A stretch of DNA of 64,000 nt from Chitinophaga pinensis. Lineage in GTDB: Bacteria; Bacteroidota; Bacteroidia; M30B66. Below the pieces are notes generated by a model, which searched no databases, was not told the DNA's origin, and saw only the letters and a program-made list of their open reading frames with translations. Position 1 is the stretch's first letter. Each line of letters opens with the position of its first letter. The stretch lies in contig CAMCXT010000011.1 of the NCBI GenBank assembly GCA_945883545.1, forward strand, positions 2,652 through 66,651, given 5' to 3'. A program made the translations under genes and the position numbers. Below are positions 31,038-41,470 of this stretch, one piece after another.

Positions 31038-33461
31038 ATGAAAATTTCTGCCAACTGGCTTCGTCAATATTTATCCCATTCACCTTCACCAGAGGAAATT
31101 TCACCACTTCTTACCGACTGTGGTTTGGAGGTAGAGAGCCTCGAAGAATTTGAAAGTGTCAAAGGAGGCTTGAAAGGTATTGTTGTAGGAGAAGTGAAAG
31201 ACTGCCAACAACATCCCAATGCCGATAGACTTTCACTCACAAAGGTGGATATTGGTTCAGGAGATTTACTATCGATTGTTTGTGGTGCACCCAATGTGGC
31301 TACCGGACAAAAGGTGCTTGTAGCAACTATTGGTGCTACTTTATTCCCAGTTTCGGGTGAGTCTTTTCAAATCAAGGAAAGTAAAATCCGTGGTGAATTG
31401 TCGCAAGGGATGCTTTGTGCAGAAGACGAAATCGGCACCGGCAAAAGCCACGACGGGATCTTAGTTTTACCTTCTGACACTAAAATAGGAACACCTGCTG
31501 CAGAAATTTTCAATGTTTCATCTGACCAAGTATTTGAAATTGGTCTTACTCCAAACAGGATTGATGCTGCTTCTCATTTTGGTGTAGCCCGCGATTTATC
31601 AGCAGTGCTATATGAACAAGGTGATTTGGAATTACTGAAACCACAAGTAAAATCTAGTTTTACCAGCGAAGGTCACGATGTTGAAGTTTCGGTTGAGACT
31701 TCTGATGCCGTGATCAGATATTCTAGCATTCGTATTTCGAACGTCAAGGTATCTGAAAGTCCAGCTTGGCTTAAAAATGCGTTGCTTAGTATTGGTTTGA
31801 GACCCATCAATAATTTGGTAGACATCACCAATTATATATTGCATGAAACAGGTCAGCCTTTGCATGCTTTTGATGCCAATAAAATTTCTGGGAAGAAGAT
31901 TCATGTAAAAACGTGTGCGCCAGGAACCCTGTTTAAAGCGCTTGATGGTTCAGAACATAAACTTACCGAGCAAGATCTAATGATTTGTGATGCTCAAGGG
32001 CCGCTTTGTTTGGCTGGTATTTATGGTGGATTAGATTCGGGTGTTACAGAATCAACCACCGAAGTCTTTTTGGAATGTGCTACTTTTCACCCTGTTTGGG
32101 TTCGGAAATCCTCAAGGAATCACAATTTAAAAACCGACTCCTCTTTCCGCTTCGAACGTGGAACAGATCCTGAAGCAACAATATACACCTTGCAGCGCGC
32201 AGCTGATCTCATCGTAGAACTTGCGGGTGGACAATTGCATGCTGGATTAACTGATCATTACCCTCAACAAGTTATTCCTGTTAGTTTGTTCTATCGATGG
32301 GCTGATATGGATCGATTGGTTGGTGAAGAGATCCCGCGAGAAGCGGCAAAGAAAATCCTTGAGCGTTTGCAAATTCATGTTTATTCAGAAACCTCCGATG
32401 GTGTTCAACTCGAAATTCCAACCTTTAAAGTAGGAGTAGAAGGCAGTGCTGATGTTACTGAAGAAATCTTGAGGATTTATGGTTACAATAGAATCACGAT
32501 TCCAGCACAAGTTCGAAATTCGGTAACTCCTGCTCCAAAACCAGATCCAGTTCAACTGAGGAACAGGATTTCAGATCATCTCTGTGGAATTGGTTTCATG
32601 GAGGCGCTTAACAATTCACTTAGCCCAAGCGAACTAGCTTCATTTACCCCAGAGGGTGTAGATCAAGCAGTTAAATTGGCGAATCCATTGAGTTCTGAAC
32701 TCGATATTTTGCGTATGAGCATGATTCCAGCTTTACTGGAAAACATTGCTTGGAACAAAAATCGTCAGCAATCTGATCTTCAGTTTTTCGAATGGGGGAA
32801 AGTGTACTTTAAACAAGCTGAGGGCTTTATAGAAAAACAGCGACTTGCATTGTTCGTATATGGGAACGACAAACCTTTGCATTGGCAAGCGGACTCCGAA
32901 AAAACATCTTTTTATCACCTGAAAGGTGTTGTGCAACATGTTTTGCAGCTGTGCGGTTTGGAATTAAATCAACTCACAGGGTTGATGACTGAAGATCCAG
33001 CATATCAGCAAGCTTGGTCAATTAAGAAGGGCGAAAAGGAGTTGGTGAAAATGGGAAGTATTCATCCATCGTTACTGAAGAGATTCGATATTACAGGACC
33101 CGTTTGGTTTGCTGAATTCAACTGGGAATTGATGCTAAAAAGCTATGGTGGAAGCAAAATCCAGTACCGTGAAGTTTCAAAGTTTCCTTCAGTACGTCGC
33201 GATTTGGCATTGCTGATTGATCAATCTGTGCAGTACAACCAAATTGAGAAAATCGCATTTTCAACCGAAAAGAAATTGCTTCGTGAGGTGAATCTTTTCG
33301 ATGTTTATCAAGGAGATAAATTGCCTGAGGGTAAAAAATCGTATGCTGTTTCTTTCCTTTTCAGGGATGAAGAACAGACCCTCACTGATAAGCACATCGA
33401 GAAATCAATGGAGCGTTTAGTTAAGGCGCTAGTTGAGCAATTGGGCGCTGAATTGAGATAA
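31038..33461 (+). CDS. pheT: phenylalanine--tRNA ligase beta subunit
   Basis: 807 aa; N-terminal tRNA-binding (EMAPII-like) domain, B3/B4, B5, C-terminal FDX-ACB-like region. Confidence 0.92.
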   Translation: MKISANWLRQYLSHSPSPEEISPLLTDCGLEVESLEEFESVKGGLKGIVVGEVKDCQQHPNADRLSLTKVDIGSGDLLSIVCGAPNVATGQKVLVATIGATLFPVSGESFQIKESKIRGELSQGMLCAEDEIGTGKSHDGILVLPSDTKIGTPAAEIFNVSSDQVFEIGLTPNRIDAASHFGVARDLSAVLYEQGDLELLKPQVKSSFTSEGHDVEVSVETSDAVIRYSSIRISNVKVSESPAWLKNALLSIGLRPINNLVDITNYILHETGQPLHAFDANKISGKKIHVKTCAPGTLFKALDGSEHKLTEQDLMICDAQGPLCLAGIYGGLDSGVTESTTEVFLECATFHPVWVRKSSRNHNLKTDSSFRFERGTDPEATIYTLQRAADLIVELAGGQLHAGLTDHYPQQVIPVSLFYRWADMDRLVGEEIPREAAKKILERLQIHVYSETSDGVQLEIPTFKVGVEGSADVTEEILRIYGYNRITIPAQVRNSVTPAPKPDPVQLRNRISDHLCGIGFMEALNNSLSPSELASFTPEGVDQAVKLANPLSSELDILRMSMIPALLENIAWNKNRQQSDLQFFEWGKVYFKQAEGFIEKQRLALFVYGNDKPLHWQADSEKTSFYHLKGVVQHVLQLCGLELNQLTGLMTEDPAYQQAWSIKKGEKELVKMGSIHPSLLKRFDITGPVWFAEFNWELMLKSYGGSKIQYREVSKFPSVRRDLALLIDQSVQYNQIEKIAFSTEKKLLREVNLFDVYQGDKLPEGKKSYAVSFLFRDEEQTLTDKHIEKSMERLVKALVEQLGAELR

Positions 33462-33475
33462 GAAGATAAAGAAAA

Positions 33476-34771
33476 TTATTCCTTCATCAGTCGGAAAATC
33501 CTAGAACTTCCGTTGCCGTAGCAATACACTTGGTAAATCCCTGCGGGGAGATCAGAAAAGTCGAGTTTTACCAACCGACCTGTTTCGCTTTTTCGTTTTG
33601 CGAGTTTTCCATCGGGACCGTAAACTTCGATTTTGAAAGTGGTTACATCTTCCGCTTGAATCATCACATCACGTGTAGAAGGATTTGGGAAAATCCTCCA
33701 ATCGATGTCTTTCACATGCTCAGTAATGGCAGTAGACGTAATGTTGATTTGCTCTGTAAGTGTATCGGAAATGCCACACCCAGAAGCGATTAAACTAACA
33801 GTGTAGTTTCCAGGTGCAGTATAAGTATGTGTTGGATTTACAAGTGGAGAAGTGTTTCCATCCCCAAAAATCCACAAGTTAGATGAGGAGTAAAGACTGG
33901 TTTGGTTAAAATCTACACTGGTTTCGTTCACACTATAATTGAAGCCTGCTTGAGGTTCCCACCTTCCAATGTTCCATGTATCAAGGCTATCCGAAACTGT
34001 GCTCCAAGCTACTTGCTGAAGATAAGTTGCTACTTCAGGCTCCAATCCAGCTAAATAACTAAACCCAACTGGCGATTTTTTGAAGAGTGTTGAGTAGAAA
34101 ACACATGCAGTAAGGTAAGTTCCCGATGGGCTTGGATGGCTATTGTCGCTCACCCAAAGGTTAATGGTACTATCGGCAAACCAACTGTTTTTCCAAGCTA
34201 TTCCAACCGGAGCTACAATGCCTTGGTTCTGGTCGGCCATGAGCTTGTACGATTCCCTCAACCGGCCAGTCATCCCTTCGAATGTACAAATGGGCGGGTA
34301 ATTCGGACAATTTGTTTGGTCGCCATATTTTCTTCCCCAAGTCATGTAAAACACGGTTTCGGAGCAAGCATTGTTCGCTTTGATCATGCTATCGAGGTCG
34401 GTAGCAAATGGCAGTGTTTGGGATTGAACTTGATTCGGTGGGAATGAAGGTTCTTGACTTTGTGCTTGAAGAATCACAAAATCCCAAGGTTGAGATTGGA
34501 TTTTTTGCTGGGTGACTGCGTTAACGGCATGGTTTTGCAAACTCGCTCCTCCTGGAGTATTCGAATCATATTGAACCGTATCGCCACCAGAGATTGCTAA
34601 ATTGTAAAATACCAATGGAAGATTATTGGTGCCGATATAACTATTGCCTATCCAAAGCACCTTTTTTTGCTGGCCATTTACCTGAAAGCTAATCAGCAGA
34701 AGTAGAAAAATCCAGTTAGCGCTGGAGCGTACAAAAGTCACGAATGGTCTCAGCAGCAGCTTCATACCCAT
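33476..34771 (-). CDS. secreted SGNH-hydrolase-like protein with PKD domain and T9SS type-A C-terminal sorting domain
   Basis: ORF 33476..34795; signal peptide from MGMKLLL/MKLLL. VLWIGNSYIG SGNH-like block. PKD segment IFGDGNTSPLVNPTHTYTAPGNYTVSL. C-terminal IFPNPSTRDV...GIYQVYCY tail typical of Por_Secre_tail. Confidence 0.65.
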   Translation of the reverse strand: MGMKLLLRPFVTFVRSSANWIFLLLLISFQVNGQQKKVLWIGNSYIGTNNLPLVFYNLAISGGDTVQYDSNTPGGASLQNHAVNAVTQQKIQSQPWDFVILQAQSQEPSFPPNQVQSQTLPFATDLDSMIKANNACSETVFYMTWGRKYGDQTNCPNYPPICTFEGMTGRLRESYKLMADQNQGIVAPVGIAWKNSWFADSTINLWVSDNSHPSPSGTYLTACVFYSTLFKKSPVGFSYLAGLEPEVATYLQQVAWSTVSDSLDTWNIGRWEPQAGFNYSVNETSVDFNQTSLYSSSNLWIFGDGNTSPLVNPTHTYTAPGNYTVSLIASGCGISDTLTEQINITSTAITEHVKDIDWRIFPNPSTRDVMIQAEDVTTFKIEVYGPDGKLAKRKSETGRLVKLDFSDLPAGIYQVYCYGNGSSRIFRLMKE

Positions 34772-35957
34772 ATTGTTCACTGAGTTTAAAATCATCGCAA
34801 GCCGTATCTTTTTTCAAAAGCATCAGCTTTGCAATTCCTCGGTTAAAATAAGCAATTCCATAATTCTCTCGAAGTCGAATCGACTGATCGTAATCTTGAA
34901 TGGCCAAAGTATAATCGCCAAAGAGCATTCTCACATTGCCGCGATTGTTAAAGGCTTGAGCGTCAAGTGGATTTAAACGAATGGATTCATCATAATCGTT
35001 CATCGCACCTTGGTAATCTCCCAATATTTTTTTAACGGCACCTCGATAGAACAATGCCATCGTGTAATCTTTGTCGAGTGCAAGTGCATTGTTATAGTCC
35101 TTCAAAGACTCTTCAGTCTCGCCTAATCTCTTTCTAATCAGCGCTCTACTGAAATAGGTAGATTTTAAGTTTTGATCTAAGGAAATTGCCTTCGTGAAAT
35201 CTTTATCGGCTTGAACATTTTCACCTTTAAACTTGTAGGCAATCCCTCTATTGTGCCAAGCCAAAGCAAATTGCGGATTGATATTGATCACCTTGGTGAA
35301 TGACTGTATCGCATCATCATATTTTTTCATTTCAAGGAATCTTAATCCTTGGGCTTCGTATGCGAGAGAATTTTTGGGATTCAGACGAATGGCCATATCG
35401 ATATCCTTTCCTGCTTTTTCGAGCTCATCCAAGTTGAGTAAGGCAATTGCTCGAAAAATATAGGATAATGTGTCGCGAGGATTTTGGCTGATGATACTAT
35501 TGAATGTGTTTACCGCTCCAGCATAATCTTCAGCCGCCAATTGTGCATGTGCTTGTTGGCATTGAATGCTTGGTTGAGAAATAGGCGCCAATTCTATGGC
35601 TTTCGTAAAGTCTGAAACAGCTCCAGGGTAATCTTCAACCAACATTTTGATTTTAGCACGCTCATCATAAATTTTGAGAATGCCCGGATTTAATCTTAAT
35701 GCTTCGTTCTGGTCTTTTATCGCCTCATTAAATCTGCCCAGCTTGGTATAAACAACACTCCTTTTGTAGTATGCCTCTGCATAACCTGGGTCGGCAGCAA
35801 TGGCATTTGAGTAATCAAGTGCAGCACCTTGCCAATCATTCACCTTCATTCGATTTTCACCAGATGTGTAGGCCTCTAATCCTGACCGAAGGTTGCCAAT
35901 TTGCGCAAAAATGCTGGAGCTTATAGTGAGCAGAACGAATAGGCATAACTTCATCAT
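34716..35957 (-). CDS. secreted tetratricopeptide-repeat (TPR) protein
   Basis: 413 aa; signal peptide MMKLCLFVLLTISSSIFAQ; about 10 TPR-like 34-aa units (AxxYxxRGxAYxxLGxYxxAIxDYxKAIxLxP pattern). Confidence 0.75.
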   Translation of the reverse strand: MMKLCLFVLLTISSSIFAQIGNLRSGLEAYTSGENRMKVNDWQGAALDYSNAIAADPGYAEAYYKRSVVYTKLGRFNEAIKDQNEALRLNPGILKIYDERAKIKMLVEDYPGAVSDFTKAIELAPISQPSIQCQQAHAQLAAEDYAGAVNTFNSIISQNPRDTLSYIFRAIALLNLDELEKAGKDIDMAIRLNPKNSLAYEAQGLRFLEMKKYDDAIQSFTKVININPQFALAWHNRGIAYKFKGENVQADKDFTKAISLDQNLKSTYFSRALIRKRLGETEESLKDYNNALALDKDYTMALFYRGAVKKILGDYQGAMNDYDESIRLNPLDAQAFNNRGNVRMLFGDYTLAIQDYDQSIRLRENYGIAYFNRGIAKLMLLKKDTACDDFKLSEQYGYEAAAETIRDFCTLQR

Positions 35958-35970
35958 AGGATAGTTGTTA

Positions 35971-37140
35971 TCAGGTTTGTTTGGTGTGCCTTGCGAAACT
36001 GATCACATCTTCTTTGCTAATTTCTTTCTCTCCAAGAATGATCAATCTCTCAACAACGTTTCTGAATTCTCGAATATTGCCAGTCCATTGAATATCCATC
36101 AATTCCTTCACTGCATCGGCTTTTATCGCTTTTACAGGAATGCCGTAATCGTTGCAAATGGTTTGAAGGAAGTGATTTGCTAAAAGTGGAACATCTTCGA
36201 TTCTGTCGTTCAATGAAGGCACTTCTATGATGATCACACTGAGGCGGTGGTAAAGGTCTTCGCGAAAGTTCCCTTTGGCAATCTCATCCTTTAGATTTTT
36301 GTTGGTAGCCGCAATGATGCGTACATCAACCGAAATTTCTTTTTCACCTCCGACGCGTGTGATCTTATTTTCTTGAAGTGCACGCAGCACTTTGGCTTGA
36401 GCAGATAGGCTCATGTCGCCGATTTCGTCAAGAAAAAGTGTACCACCATGTGCCAGTTCAAATTGACCTTTTCGTTGCTTGATAGCTGAGGTAAAAGCAC
36501 CCTTTTCGTGGCCGAACAGTTCACTTTCAATGAGTTCGGATGGGATTGCTGCACAGTTTACTTCAATTAAAGCGGCTGTGCTTCGGTTGCTTTTTTCATG
36601 GATGTAACGCGCTACCAATTCCTTTCCGGTTCCATTCTCACCTGTAACCAGTACTCGTGCATCAGTAGGAGCAACCCTTTCGATCATATCTTTTACTTTG
36701 CGAATGGCTGGTGAATCGCCAATCATCTCCGCATTTTTAGATACTTTTTTTCGAAGGGTTTTTGTTTCCTCAATCAAAGTGGATTTATCAAGTGCATTGC
36801 GCAAAGTGATCATCAAACGGTTGAGATCGAGCGGTTTTGCGATAAAATCGTATGCGCCTTTTTTGATGCATTCAACCGCGGTTTCAATGGTTCCGTGGCC
36901 AGAAATCATGATTACCTGGCAGTCGAGACCTGCTGAAAGTGTTTTTTCGAGCAGTTCGGTTCCATCCATGCGGGGCATTTTGATATCGCTTAATAGGATA
37001 TCGTAACCTCCTTTTTGAATTTTCTCCCAACCCTCAGCACCATCTACTGCTTCGTCAACCTGATGGTTTTCGTATTCTAGAATTTCTTTTAGGGTGCTTC
37101 GGATGGCACGTTCATCGTCAACTATTAGAATTTTTGCCAT
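35971..37140 (-). CDS. sigma-54-dependent response regulator (receiver + AAA+ activator) lacking C-terminal DNA-binding domain
   Basis: 389 aa; receiver with phospho-acceptor region LLSDIKMPRMDG; Walker A GENGTGKE; sigma-54 contact loop variant GAFTSA; ends about 25 aa after the AAA+ lid with no Fis-type HTH. Confidence 0.85.
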   Translation of the reverse strand: MAKILIVDDERAIRSTLKEILEYENHQVDEAVDGAEGWEKIQKGGYDILLSDIKMPRMDGTELLEKTLSAGLDCQVIMISGHGTIETAVECIKKGAYDFIAKPLDLNRLMITLRNALDKSTLIEETKTLRKKVSKNAEMIGDSPAIRKVKDMIERVAPTDARVLVTGENGTGKELVARYIHEKSNRSTAALIEVNCAAIPSELIESELFGHEKGAFTSAIKQRKGQFELAHGGTLFLDEIGDMSLSAQAKVLRALQENKITRVGGEKEISVDVRIIAATNKNLKDEIAKGNFREDLYHRLSVIIIEVPSLNDRIEDVPLLANHFLQTICNDYGIPVKAIKADAVKELMDIQWTGNIREFRNVVERLIILGEKEISKEDVISFARHTKQT

Positions 37141-37162
37141 GCCGTAAATTTAATCAATGTGC

Positions 37163-38104
37163 TCACTCTTTTTCACCCAATGAACTCAGGTGGTCGAAAA
37201 GAATTCCTTCTTTCAGTGAAAAGGTTGAAAGCCTCATTGCATCGAGGTTTAAGTGTTTAAAAACGAAACGAATCATTACAACAGCAACAACGATCATTTC
37301 CACACGCATTGCTGCAAGCCCTTTGATTTTGAAGCGTTTCTCGATGGTACTGTTTGTTAAAATTTTGTACATCGCTTCGAAGTGTTTCATGTCGAAGGAG
37401 TATTCTGTTTTAATCAGCGGATTTTCAATCGTTTGGAACTTATAGTAGATCATTTCCGCCAAAGAATCGAACGAGCCTGAAGATCCTACCAAGGTTTTAA
37501 CAGGATATATTTCACAAGCACCCCAGAGCAGTTGTAGTTGTTCTTCGAGGTGGTTTTTTAATTGCTTGATTTCGTTTTTGGTGATTGGTTCAGAAGGATT
37601 GATCACTTCCAACAATCTGGCAGCACCTAAATCAAAACTATGCTTCCAATAAATTCGGTGCATGTCGGCAATGATAAACTCGGTACTTCCACCGCCAATA
37701 TCCATGATGAGGCATTTTTCTTTGCCCATGTCGAGGGCTTTCCGAACGCCGTAATATATGAGTTCCGCTTCACGGTCGCCAGAAATCACTTCAATGGCGA
37801 TTCCTGTTTCTGCTTTCACTTTGCGCACAAATTCTTTTCCGTTTTTCGCGCTGCGGATAGCTGAGGTCGCGAAAGCAAGAATTTTATCTACTTCGAAACG
37901 GTCGATTGTAGCCTTGTGAGTGTTCATGGCTTTGATGCCACGTAAGAATGGACTGTGCGAAATGACTTGATTGTTGATGCCACCTTCGCCAAGTTTTACA
38001 GGAATTTTTTCCTTGAAAATCACCGTGAATTGCCCGTTTTCATGTACTCGGGCAATCATGAGTTTAAAGGTATTTGTACCGATATCGATGATGGCAATTT
38101 TCAC
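37163..38104 (-). CDS. Ppx/GppA family exopolyphosphatase / guanosine pentaphosphate phosphohydrolase
   Basis: 313 aa; MKIAIIDIGTNTFKLMI ASKHA-fold N-terminus, second DIGGGSTE actin-like motif. Confidence 0.85.
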   Translation of the reverse strand: MKIAIIDIGTNTFKLMIARVHENGQFTVIFKEKIPVKLGEGGINNQVISHSPFLRGIKAMNTHKATIDRFEVDKILAFATSAIRSAKNGKEFVRKVKAETGIAIEVISGDREAELIYYGVRKALDMGKEKCLIMDIGGGSTEFIIADMHRIYWKHSFDLGAARLLEVINPSEPITKNEIKQLKNHLEEQLQLLWGACEIYPVKTLVGSSGSFDSLAEMIYYKFQTIENPLIKTEYSFDMKHFEAMYKILTNSTIEKRFKIKGLAAMRVEMIVVAVVMIRFVFKHLNLDAMRLSTFSLKEGILFDHLSSLGEKE

Positions 38105-38196
38105 TTTCTTATAGCTTCGATGTGGACTTCAATGTTAATGAAAGAGCGAAAATGCTCCACAAAGAGTTTTCAGTCATTTATCAACCCTCTAAAATC

Positions 38197-39063
38197 CTAA
38201 GAAATGAAGTGTTCGAGGATATATGAAATGCCTAGCACAACACTCGCAACGCCATTTGTAGTGCCGAAGGCTAGGTTTACCCGGCTCAAATCATTGGGTT
38301 TTACAATGCTGTGTTGATACACCAACATGATCAAGAATACTGATGCACCTGCCCAATAAAAGATGCCTGCTTGCATATTGAAACCTGCAGCCACGATGAA
38401 AAAGGCGGTAATTGCATGGAGAAATTCTGAAAGTCGGAGGGCTCTTTTTTTGCCAAGCCAAACTGGGATGCTGTAAAGATCTTGCGAACGATCAAAATCT
38501 TCGTCTTGAAGCGCATATATGATATCGAATCCTGAAGTCCAGAACAAAACAGCGAACGAAAACAGAAGTGGAAGCCAGTCGAATTTACCCGTTACAGCTA
38601 AGTAAGCACCGATAGGCGCCAGCGACAAGCCAACACCTAATACAACGTGGCAAAGCCAAGTGAACCGTTTCGTGATACTGTAGCCTAAAATCACCGACAG
38701 GGCAATTGGTGAAAGGTAAAAGCAAAGTGGATTGATGAACCAAGTTGTTGCTAAAAAAGCGATCGACATCACCACAACAAAGGCAAGTGCTGATGAAGGC
38801 GAAATAATTCCAGCCGGGATTTCGCGGATGGCAGTTCTGGCATTTATTTCATCGAAGCGGCGGTCGATGTATCTGTTAAAGCCCATGGCTGCTGATCTTG
38901 CGAAAACCATACAAAGAACAACCTTTACAAAAAGCGTCCAGTCGGGATTTGTACCTGAAGCCTCAACACCCAGAAAATAACCGATAATAGCGAATGGCAA
39001 GGCAAAAACAGTGTGGCTGAATTTTACCAGAGACAAATAATGGCGGATACTGATTGTGCTCAT
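38197..39063 (-). CDS. UbiA-family aromatic prenyltransferase (4-hydroxybenzoate polyprenyltransferase / MenA / MqnP-like)
   Basis: 288 aa, 8-9 TMs; NRYIDRRFD Asp-rich motif and second DxxxD region (YALQDEDFD). Confidence 0.8.
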   Translation of the reverse strand: MSTISIRHYLSLVKFSHTVFALPFAIIGYFLGVEASGTNPDWTLFVKVVLCMVFARSAAMGFNRYIDRRFDEINARTAIREIPAGIISPSSALAFVVVMSIAFLATTWFINPLCFYLSPIALSVILGYSITKRFTWLCHVVLGVGLSLAPIGAYLAVTGKFDWLPLLFSFAVLFWTSGFDIIYALQDEDFDRSQDLYSIPVWLGKKRALRLSEFLHAITAFFIVAAGFNMQAGIFYWAGASVFLIMLVYQHSIVKPNDLSRVNLAFGTTNGVASVVLGISYILEHFIS

Positions 39064-39680
39064 CGGTTTAAGTTGTTTTCGAAAGGAGTTCGGTTAAGAA
39101 TTGATCTTCCAAGGGTAACTTCATCGGCGTATTCTAACTCATCGCCAACGGAAACTCCTCTTGCCAATGTGCTGAGTTTGATGTTGAAATCCTTTAGTTT
39201 TCTGAAAAGGTAAAAATTGGTGGTGTCGCCTTCCATTGTTGCACTGAGCGCCATGATCACTTCCTTTGGTTCGCCTGTTTGCACTCTAAGCAATAGGCTT
39301 TCGATGTTCAAGTCGGAAGGGCCAGTGCCTTCCAAAGGTGAGATGATTCCACCTAAAACATGATAAATTCCTCTGTATTGTCCAGTGTTTTCTAGCGCCA
39401 TCACATCACGCACGTCTTCAACAACACAAAGCAATGATCTGTCACGGTTTCGATCCGAGCAAATAGTGCAAGTTTCTTCATCGCACAGATTATGGCAAAT
39501 GTTGCAGTTTCGAATGTCGCGTTTCAGTTTTACAAAAGCGCCTGAAAATTGATCAATCGCAGCTGTATCTCTTTTCAGAAGATGGAGAACCAAACGAAGT
39601 GCAGTTTTTTTGCCTATCCCCGGTAGGGAAGACATTTCATTTACTGCATCTTCTAATAATTTCGACGGTAATGGCTGCAT
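39060..39680 (-). CDS. recR: recombination protein RecR
   Basis: 206 aa; HhH motif [13 protein letters not shown]4 zinc finger [17 protein letters not shown], Toprim domain. Confidence 0.92.
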   Translation of the reverse strand: MQPLPSKLLEDAVNEMSSLPGIGKKTALRLVLHLLKRDTAAIDQFSGAFVKLKRDIRNCNICHNLCDEETCTICSDRNRDRSLLCVVEDVRDVMALENTGQYRGIYHVLGGIISPLEGTGPSDLNIESLLLRVQTGEPKEVIMALSATMEGDTTNFYLFRKLKDFNIKLSTLARGVSVGDELEYADEVTLGRSILNRTPFENNLNR

Positions 39681-39803
39681 GAGGTTGCAAAGTTAACAGA
39701 TAAGCTTGCTTTTGGTTGAAGAATTGGGCTATTCACATTCTATTCTTTGAAAGTGCTTTCCACGAATCTTAGAAGATCTGCAATAGATCAATAGATTTGT
39801 TTT

Positions 39804-41291
39804 ATGCCGAATGTGATTAGTCCTGCCATGCTGATTTTGATTATCAGCCTGTATTTCTTGGCTCTGATGGGGATTTCCTGGTGGAAAAGCCGAAAATCTG
39901 ATGCAGATTCATACTTCCTTGGAAACAAGTCGTCGCCTTGGTATTTGGTAGCTTTTGGGATGATTGGCGATTCGCTATCGGGTGTTACTTTCGTTTCGGT
40001 GCCCGGTGAAGTAGGGGTGAAGCATTTCGCTTACATGCAGGTGGTTTTGGGCTATTTGGTGGGCTACTTTGTGATTGCAAAGGTGCTCTTGCCGATGTAC
40101 TATCGAATGAATCTCACATCGATTTATTCGTATCTCGGCGAACGTTTCGGGATCACCGCACAAAAAACTGGATCGGTATATTTTCTGCTGTCGCGAACAA
40201 TTGGTGCGGCTTACAGGCTTTTTATCTCTGCAAATGTACTGCAGATATTCCTCTTCGAACCGATGGGTGTTCCATTTTGGGTTTCTGTTACTATCATCAT
40301 TATTCTGATTTTGCTTTACACGTTGAAGGGTGGAATTCGATCACTTATTTGGACCGATACTTTTCAATCGTTGTTCTTGTTATTAGGCGTTGTGCTCACG
40401 GCATGGTCGATTATCGATAAACTCGATTGGACTTTTGGAGAAGCCGTTCAAGGAATCGTATCGAGCGAATATGCTGAGGTGTTCAATTGGGATGTTAAAT
40501 CGAAGCTTTATTTCTGGAAGCAGTTTATCTCTGGGGCATTTATCGCCATTGTGATGACTGGGCTTGACCAGAATATGATGCAGAAAAACCTGAGCTGTAG
40601 AAGTTTGCCTGAGGCGCAGAAAAATGTGCTTTGGTTTAGTGTAATCGTGGTGGTGGTGAACTTAATATTTGTTTCGCTTGGCGCTTTGATGTTTATCTAT
40701 GCAGGCCAAGCAGGAATTGAAGTTCCTGTAAAGACCGATACTTTTTTACCAATGCTCACTTTGAATCACTTGGGATTGTTTGCCTCAGTGGTTTTCTTGT
40801 TGGGCATTACTGCAGCAACATTTTCTTCGGCCGACTCAGTGCTTACAACCTTAACCACCTCGTTTTATATCGATATTCTGGGGATGGATAAACGAACCGA
40901 CCGCTCCGAAGCATCTAAAATTCGAAGCAGAAATCTGATTCATGCCGGATTTTCAGTACTACTCTTGTTGGTTATTTTAGCCTTTCGATTGATCAATAAG
41001 GATTCGGTTATTACGGGAATTTTTGTTGCTGCAGGCTATACTTACGGCCCATTGTTGGGCTTGTTCGCTTTCGGTATTTTGAGTAAACGAGGTGTAAATT
41101 CAATTGGTGTTCCAGTGGTTGCAGTTTTGGCCCCAATACTCACTTATATATGTACTCTGTATTCTGAAAAACTGCTCTTTGGATACAAGATTGGTTTTGA
41201 ACTTCTCTTAATCAATGGATTGTTCACGTATATGGGCTTGCTCTTGATTAGTCATAGGAATTCAGTTGGGCAAACTCCTAAAGTTGATTAA
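39804..41291 (+). CDS. sodium:solute symporter family (SSS) transporter
   Basis: 495 aa; about 13 TMs; SSS-type N-terminal core. Confidence 0.75.
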   Translation: MPNVISPAMLILIISLYFLALMGISWWKSRKSDADSYFLGNKSSPWYLVAFGMIGDSLSGVTFVSVPGEVGVKHFAYMQVVLGYLVGYFVIAKVLLPMYYRMNLTSIYSYLGERFGITAQKTGSVYFLLSRTIGAAYRLFISANVLQIFLFEPMGVPFWVSVTIIIILILLYTLKGGIRSLIWTDTFQSLFLLLGVVLTAWSIIDKLDWTFGEAVQGIVSSEYAEVFNWDVKSKLYFWKQFISGAFIAIVMTGLDQNMMQKNLSCRSLPEAQKNVLWFSVIVVVVNLIFVSLGALMFIYAGQAGIEVPVKTDTFLPMLTLNHLGLFASVVFLLGITAATFSSADSVLTTLTTSFYIDILGMDKRTDRSEASKIRSRNLIHAGFSVLLLLVILAFRLINKDSVITGIFVAAGYTYGPLLGLFAFGILSKRGVNSIGVPVVAVLAPILTYICTLYSEKLLFGYKIGFELLLINGLFTYMGLLLISHRNSVGQTPKVD

Positions 41292-41470
41292 TTGAAAAAA
41301 GCGCAATTTGTTGTCGTTAATGTTTATTGATCAAGTGTTAATGGTGACTTATTAGACCATTGCTTGGCTCGGTGTCGTTGATCGATGTTTTTATAGGGGG
41401 TATCTTGAGGTTAGAAATGCAGGTATTCCGTTCAGTATAGTATGATTACTGAAGATACCTTGCGTTCGAA

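Noticed and set aside
31038-33461. pheT and pheS (58349..59368) encoded 25 kb apart on opposite strands
   Set aside because: The split of the pheST pair is common outside Proteobacteria. No sign of rearrangement scars (repeats, tRNA fragments, integrase) around either gene.
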